From Chrysomallon squamiferum (Eukaryota > Animalia > Mollusca), in contig CM022672.1 of NCBI GenBank assembly GCA_012295275.1, forward strand, positions 29,140,001 through 29,204,000: a stretch of DNA of 64,000 bases. The letters are read 5' to 3'. Numbering within the stretch: the first letter of the stretch is position 1; each line of letters begins with the position of its first letter. The notes below the pieces were generated by a model, which made no database searches, was not told the origin of the DNA, and saw only the letters and a list, made by a program, of their open reading frames with translations. Positions 56,565 through 64,000 of this stretch are shown here, in pieces. The translations under genes and the position numbers were made by a program.

Positions 56565-58966
56565 GTCTTCCGCTGACTACACAGTTACTGGGTTAAAACA
56601 TCTGAGTTAAATCTGTTATATTTATAGCGCTTTAACAAACACTCACCCAGATCGGTTTGACTATTGTAGTTTACACCAAGTTCTGATCTGGTTTAAACAA
56701 ATAAATTTGGTTTATTTTGTTTAGTTATGCCATCTCTTGATGAGCTCAGTTTGGCCAGTGTATATGATTGGCTAATCAGTTCATATGATTTAACTTTGAA
56801 TTAGCAAATCAAACCACTGCAAGTTGTAAATATGAGTAGAACATTCTCCGTATTATATTTTTGAAAAAATTAGCAATTAATAAATGGACTTGCAATGTAA
56901 AGAGTTATTTCATTTAAATTGGTTTGAAGAAAATTGTTCAGTTCACAATATGATTATACTTTTGAAATTTTAATATTTTTCATTTATTATTGAATTTTTT
57001 CTTTTAAAACTTCTAGAGTAATATTAGATGAACCATGTTTAAAATATTTATTTTCTTATGTTCTAACATTTATTATTATTATTACAATTATTATTAAATA
57101 TTTTCTATGAATTTATTTCCTAGACTTTTGCAAGCAACATAAATATATTTGGTCACACTTTCTAAATTATTATGCTTCTTAATTTTCCATTCTACCATAT
57201 ATCAAATTATTCAAAACAAATTAAATGTGCACGTCAACGAAAGAGATAGACCACTGAACAAAGCCATCATATTAACATTCATTTTCAAATAAATCTACGA
57301 ATCATGGCGTTAAATTCCAAACAGCCGAACGTAACTAATTATCTTCTTCCTTGTTTACGCAACAACTGCAGCTAAATCATTATCCAGCAGAGGTTGTTAT
57401 GCATGCTTTCTATCTTGATAGAACATAAACACTTAATATATCCGTTGGTGTTTTCTAGTGTTCTTTTAATGAAGTAAAACAGTAGAAACAGTTTTCTATT
57501 TTCGTTATTTCAGAACATGATATTCACTGATCATTAATTTTGTTCTGAAGGTGACTCGCTATGACAAAGAAATAAATCCAAAATGAGCAGTGACCAACTG
57601 CTTAACGTTTCTTAATGAAATGTAATAATGATCTACGAGTATCAGAAACAACAGTATACATCATGTTCCCAAAATAAAAGACTCTGTCCATAACTACACA
57701 CATTTTGTATGTGATACATGTTTTTATTTCACTTCCATAATGAACTATAGAATTGTTGAGCACTTGTAACATACAACATTTTTCAGAAAAAATATAATAG
57801 GTATTCCATTGAAATTTCAGATTAAACACTAACTTTTAATTAAATTTCTTTCTATAACCGTCAATAAACACAGAATTTAAAATACTTTTTTGTTGTTAAG
57901 CTGTTACGGCCAAATATAATAAAAGAACAGTTTAAAAATATAATTCTTCAGAGATACGTTTTCCATAAAAAACGAAATGTATTCCATTACGATTACGAAA
58001 AGTAAATATTATCCTTAAACGATTTCTGCAACCATCACTGAACACCGAGTATAAAATGTTTTTGCTATTGTAAAACTGTTGATGAGGAATTATAATAACT
58101 TTTCAGAAGTACAATTTCATCAATTAATACCGTCCACGAAAACGAAATAAATGATCCATCGAAATTATGAAGAGTAAATATCCTTAAACTGACACTCGGG
58201 AATTAAATACTGAAGATATAATTTAACTGAGCATTAAAGTCCAGAATACCAAACAAATTGAAAAAGCGAAAGGGTTACTGAAGTGAGATGAAACCAGTAC
58301 AAAGCGCCAAATTGAATCCACGTAATTCAGACATCCAAGACAGTCATTTAGTTTTGTTTACAGTAGACAACAGACACAGATGAAAGAAAGCTCACACATC
58401 ATAACTAACCTGACAGTCCCATTAGGGTTTACAAATAAATAGAGTGTTGTTAAGACAACTACCCCAGTCGCGCATTAACAATTGATTAGCTAATAGTTTA
58501 TGCTTCCGGAGCGCCAGAAAAGTCGGCGGAAGATTCAAGCTATCGATCCGAAATGGTCGTCGGGATGCCGAGGATAGATTATGCGTGGAAGGTAGCAACG
58601 GAATGTGTGCGTGCGTGTGTTTGCAGAAGTAATTAAAACTGCTGTCATTAATAAGTAATCATCCAGCTGTTATGCATTCTTAAACAGGTTGAGCAATCAC
58701 TGCTGTGAGGCTCTGCAAGAACTTTCATGTTCTGCAGACGTAAAATTAAATCAGTCTGAGTCGATGATTAATTTGTGCTATTTAAAATGTGCTTGCATAC
58801 ACTTAAAAGATCAAGCGCATCGGTCACGTGCATTTATTCTATGAGTGGTCTACCAAAAAAAAAAAAATGTTTTGTTGTTTTTTGACTGAGGATTAGTTAG
58901 AAAATATTATTACATAAAGACTCTCCGTTTTCACGAAACCTGTATTCTCCTTGAACTACTGATTAT

Positions 58967-59046
<80 letters not shown>

Positions 59047-59512
59047 ATTTATCTGTATCTACAATATATATATATTTATAATCTATATCAGCATTATATC
59101 TATATCTTTATATCTATGTTTAAATATCTATCTGTCGTTTAAATATCTATCTGTCGTTCAATCTATCTATCTATCTAGCTATCTGTCTATTCCTGTATGT
59201 GACTGGTAAAGCCACTGTCATAAGACTGATACGCGGTATTTGCTATACCTATTTTGGTAACTGAAGGAACCAAATGCCTCCATTATATGGCCAAGCCAGA
59301 CTGTTTATTTTCAGAGTAGTAACCACACTTCACCATTATGAATATTGTCATTATGCTATAGAAGATGAAACAAAGGAACGTAAGGGAATAAAAGGCTAAA
59401 CAAACAAAAAAAAAAATAATAATAATAATAATAAAAACAACAAAAATTCTCATATGAAGAGAACAAAAATAGAAGAAAAAATTCTAAAACAGAGCTTTCA
59501 CATTCCTTCGGT

Positions 59513-59543
<31 letters not shown>

Positions 59544-59929
59544 AGAAAGATTTGTGTTACACTAATTACTTTTATCGATTGGTTTAATCTTCAGTTTCTA
59601 CTTTAGCTAGTGGTCCATGACTGGTATTTAAAACTTGTAACGTATGATTGCACCTTAATAGAAACATCAAACTTTAATGCGTTCGTCTCGTGCTGAGTTT
59701 GTAGCGTCATCTCCTTGGAGACCAGAAAGGATTTCCGCGGGAATTCACGTGAAAAAGAAGCTAATATATATTTTTTATTTCTAGAGCATTGTTACAATTA
59801 TTTTGCTGTGGTTAAATTTTTAAAAATGTCACGCTATTTTTATTTCTTTTCCTAACGCAAGAATGCAGGCTTTCTACCGTCATTATTTCTATTTATCTCT
59901 CTGTCTCTTTGATGTATGTATATATTTCA

Positions 59930-60158
59930 TTGTGTGTAGGTATGTATGTATGTATAAATATAGTATGTGTGTACGTCCGAACGTATCTGTCTGTCTGTCT
60001 ATCTAGCTATACATCTGTCTCTATCTATCTTCTGTATAAGTATGTATATTTTATTGTTATTACTATTATTAATGTATGTAAGTATATATGCATGTATTTA
60101 TATATGTGTGTGTGTATATATATATATATATGTATGTACGTATGTGTATGTGCGTGCT

Positions 60159-60205
<47 letters not shown>

Positions 60206-60295
60206 GTATGTTTGTATGTTATGTATGTATGTATATATGTATGTATGTATGTGTGTATGTTTTGTGTGTTTGTTTACTGTGCATATGTGTGAATG
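59930..60295. repeat. Compound (TA)n/(TG)n/(TATG)n low-complexity tract
   Basis: Visible directly; source of spurious ORFs 59909-60318. Confidence 0.9.
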
Positions 60296-61243
60296 TGAAT
60301 ACACTTAAGAAGAGTTAACAGAATATGAATCAAAATCTGAATCTTACGTGCATTATTTAATTTGAAAAACATTTCAGCAGTATCTCCGTGCGAAAACTGT
60401 AAGAGATCAATAAAATAATACTCAGTGATTAACTTGGTAACATCAGGTCAGAGGTCAGAGTAAGCGAACGGCCATCTCAGATATCGACCTAGTTTGAATA
60501 AATGGTGATTTGTAAAACATAATTCTTTGAAATTTAGCCAGCTAGTATAACAAAGGTTATGGGTTGCCTGGTTATTCATTAAATTTATCTGCTAACTGGA
60601 AGCAGTAAGCTCATGACGTCTTCACGTGAAGACGACGTGTTTCCTCTTTCAACACCTGTCTCATAATATACAGGGCGGATCTTTATGAAGCTAACGAAAC
60701 TTAAACTTCAGGGGGACCTAATCCAAAACCGATTTTAATCGAAATTGAATTGCCGTGGTTAAAGTTTTAAAATATTTATGGTGATCTGTTTTGGAAGAAG
60801 CCCACTAAAGAAGAAAACTGGTATCCAAACATTTGTTTTTGCTTGAGAAGGGCCCCAGTAAAACCTGAAGATTCAGGGCACCAAAAATGTAGATCCACTG
60901 ATGTCAGTGGAATGCGCATTTGTTTCTGTGTATGTCTGTATGTGTGTGTGTGTGTATGCATGTTTGTATGTATGTATGTATATATGGGTCTATTTTACAG
61001 TGATCTACAGAAACAGAAGTAAAATTAAAACATACTTGCGAATTACAGAAATGTGGGTTTTCGCAATAGCAGCAACACTGGTCTTGGAAATCTTTTCTTC
61101 CGGTTTCGTAAAATTACTGAAAAGGAAAACACAATTTAAACGTATACCATTGACCTGAATGTAGAAACAGTTTAAATATATTTAGTATATCCAGACAGAC
61201 GTAAGAGACAGAGGCAGAGAGGGAGAGAGAGAAAAGGTAATTC

Positions 61244-61286
<43 letters not shown>

Positions 61287-61327
61287 CACTCACACGGCCG
61301 TCTTTGTTCATCGGCATTGCTGTAGAC

Positions 61328-62876
61328 CAGTGGCGATCAAAGGGTGTTCCCGGATGCTTAGGAGACATGCTTAGGAGAAATTGTAGGATCTAGGTAGATA
61401 TTTGTGATGATAAAAAATTTGAAATGAGTTTTGGCTGATGAGCAAGCACAGCTGCTCATGGCTGCTCAGTAGTTTACCGGTGACAGTATGAGTGATAGGG
61501 TGTGCATGTGTGATAAATGGCCAGAGTTTTCTTGTGACACATATTCCTATCACTGTCACAGTCAGGACCCATCTAAAACTTTAATACTTTATGGAATTTT
61601 AGCCTATTATAGTGTTACATTTGTTAAAAGCAAACGAATAATAACAGTTTTCCCTCACTGCACAATGCACACCATTAAAAATATAGCCTTTGTACAGTTT
61701 TTTGACATTTTAACAGTCTATTGCTTTGTATTTCACATCACAATATTTTTGAAGAAATTGTCAAGGCACGTCAGGCTGATACTTCTAATCAGCACAAAAC
61801 AGATGATGAACAAGGGCGGTAACTCTAAATGTATCAGTGAACATCTCACACAAGGGCGGTAACTAAATGTATCAGTGGACATCTCTCACACAAGGGCGGT
61901 AACTAAATGTATCAGTGAACATCTCTCACACAAGGGCGGTAACTAAATGTATCAGTGAACATCTCTCACACAAGGGCGGTAACTAAATGTATCAGTGAAC
62001 ATCTCTCACACAAGGGCGGTAACTAAATGTATCAGTGAACATCTCTCACACAAGGGCGGTAACTAAATGTATCAGTGAACATCTCTCACACAAGGGCGGT
62101 AACTAAATGTATCAGTGAACATCTCTCACACAAGGGCGGTAACTCTAAATGTATCAGTGAACATCTCTCACACAAGGGCGGTAACTAAATGTATCAGTGA
62201 ACATCTCTCACACAAGGGCGGTAGTGTATCAGTGAACATCTCTCACACAAGGGCGGTAACTAAATGTATCAGTGAACATCTCTCACACAAGGGCGGTAAC
62301 TAAATGTATCAGTGAACATCTCTCACACAAGGGCGGTAACTAAATGTATCAGTGAACATCTCTCACACAAGGGCGGTAACTCTAAATGTATCAGTGAACA
62401 TCTCTCACACAAGGACGGTAACTAAATATATCAGTGAACATCTCTAACACAAGGACGGTAACTCTAAATATATCAGTGAACATCTCTCACACAAGGGCGG
62501 TAACTAAATATATCAGTGAACATCTCTCACACAAGGGCGGTAACTAAATGTATCAGTGAACATCTCTCACACAAGGGCGGTAACTCTAAATATATCAGTG
62601 AATATCTCTCACAGAAGAAAAAGAAACGGTAGAGATTCCGGACGAGAACAAATTATACGCGAAATGATGAAGAATCTGACGTAGATGTAGACAATGAGGA
62701 CAGATAACCTCAGCAGTCTGCTCCGCAACCGATTCAGCCGCAATATGCTTCTTTCAGTTATTTCTGTATTTTTTTACATTTTGCATTATATTTCTAAGCA
62801 TTTTGTGTGTAGTGTGCCCGCATTTTTTTGTAAGGCTTCAAGTGTGCCCCGACTTCAAAAAGTTTGAGAACCACTG
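61328..62876. mobile_element. Non-autonomous hAT DNA transposon, Buster/Charlie type
   Basis: Left end CAGTGGCGATCAAA (61328). Right end TTTGAGAACCACTG (to 62876), whose reverse complement is CAGTGGTTCTCAAA, an 11/14 match. The 8-bp TSD is ctgTAgac (61320-61327) / ctgTAgat (62877-62884), with the central TA typical of Buster-family targets. No intact transposase ORF. Confidence 0.8.
61811..62613. repeat. 40-bp minisatellite, about 20 near-identical copies, inside the hAT element
   Basis: Unit CAAGGGCGGTAACTAAATGTATCAGTGAACATCTCTCACA, with 42-bp (AACTCTAAAT) and short variants. Confidence 0.95.
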
Positions 62877-63382
62877 CTGTAGATAAATGACGTCATACAA
62901 TTGTTGACGTTCTATTTATAGTGTGAAAACTCGACTTGAGCGATAGTAGTTTGTCGCGAAATAGGTCAATGCTTTAGGTAACGCCAGTTTTCAGTATTTA
63001 TTAAATTTTGTTCGTTCGTTCGTTTGTCTGTTTGTTTGTTTCATGTATGCTTTCTTTTTGCCTTATTATTTTGTTGTTATTGTTACTGTTATTATCATTG
63101 TGGTTGTATCATTATTATCATAATCATCATCATTATTATCGTTATTATTATTATTATTATTATTAGTAGTAGTAGTAGTAGTAGTAGTTTTACTGTTGCT
63201 ATATGTATTATATGTATATAATAATTAACTGTATATGTAAATGTGATTTTGTGTTGTGTACCTGTCCGAGTATATGGTAAATAAAATGAAACAGTGGGAG
63301 AACCAGAGATATATATATATATCACCTTCAGCGCCGTTAATAGCAGTCTTGATCAAATTAAATTTTAAACTTAAATAGAAAC

Positions 63383-64000
63383 CTACCAGGAAGACACTTG
63401 AATCATGTCACTGAAAGTCACGTGATTATCACTGTCGCTTCCCATCAAATTAATGTCCGTGGTCGACTCTTGCTTAGAAGACGGGTAGAAAACTGGTACA
63501 TAGTTATCAGCGAGCGCGTTGGAGTCCATGTAGTCAGCGTCGTTGTCGGCATTATGTTCAAACTTTTCTGAAGTCTGTTCCTCAGTTTCATCTGAAGCCA
63601 AAGGCATTTCTTTATTCGTGGTAATATTCGCTTCGTCGCGAATGGGTTCGGGAATTTCCGTGAGAGTATCGTCTTTACTCGGAGATTCCAGCTGAATCAT
63701 GTTTTTGTCCAGACTGTAATTTGTGACAGTATCCTGTATTATTTGTAAAGTTTCTGGCGGCAAATCTTTTGTATTGTTTAATGATGCTTGTACGTCATCT
63801 GTGTCCTTATTGGATGACGACTTCAAGTTCTTGGTACTGAGAGCATTGTCCTCTGCTTCAGGTAACAGATTACTTTTTGTTTCAGCCCTCCCCTTAATCT
63901 CCTGATAATTACATTTGTCTGGAAGTTGCGGTTTAAATTCCACATCGTTTTCCTTTTCCATCACTTCTGGCTTCGACTCTGTAACGACGACATTCTCAGT
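63383..64000 (-). CDS. Partial exon of a further gene; acidic, Ser/Thr/Asn-rich, probably disordered protein segment
   Basis: An open frame of at least 205 codons runs from the right edge (TENVVVTESKPEVMEKEND...) to TAG at 63383-63385, with non-repetitive coding-like composition. It may instead splice at TG|gtaggt (63387). Confidence 0.65.
   Translation of the reverse strand, partial: TENVVVTESKPEVMEKENDVEFKPQLPDKCNYQEIKGRAETKSNLLPEAEDNALSTKNLKSSSNKDTDDVQASLNNTKDLPPETLQIIQDTVTNYSLDKNMIQLESPSKDDTLTEIPEPIRDEANITTNKEMPLASDETEEQTSEKFEHNADNDADYMDSNALADNYVPVFYPSSKQESTTDINLMGSDSDNHVTFSDMIQVSSW

Noticed and set aside
60776-60925. Possible terminal exon of the right-edge gene
   Set aside because: Its open frame is not phase-compatible with the donor at 63387, and no motif is recognisable.
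61811-62613. CRISPR-like array
   Set aside because: Units are contiguous and near-identical, with no unique spacers and no cas genes; eukaryotic context.

Overview
AT-rich, microsatellite-dense eukaryotic (animal) genomic DNA with short GT-AG introns. The gene content and repeat style suggest a lophotrochozoan or mollusc, which is inference only. I built four multi-exon gene models by hand with consistent splice phases. (1) A minus-strand SorCS-type VPS10P-domain receptor with 22 exons (17832 to 543) that runs off the left edge. (2) A complete minus-strand POMT1 protein O-mannosyltransferase (18 coding exons, about 774 aa). (3) A plus-strand uncharacterised 7-exon gene (about 358 aa) ending in RHFVIHPDWG. 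(4) A minus-strand 10-exon gene (about 456 aa) with a stand-alone DUF4347-like domain. A partial acidic low-complexity exon of a fifth gene sits at the right edge. A non-autonomous hAT (Buster/Charlie-type) element with TIRs and an 8-bp TSD carries a 40-bp tandem array at 61.3-62.9 kb. The most unusual pattern is that several unrelated intronic minisatellites in POMT1 and SorCS are phase-locked to, and apparently seeded from, exon-intron junctions (and one stop codon), creating ladders of decoy splice sites. These arrays lie in the CpG-depleted left half of the window. Most ORFs in the supplied track are microsatellite artefacts.
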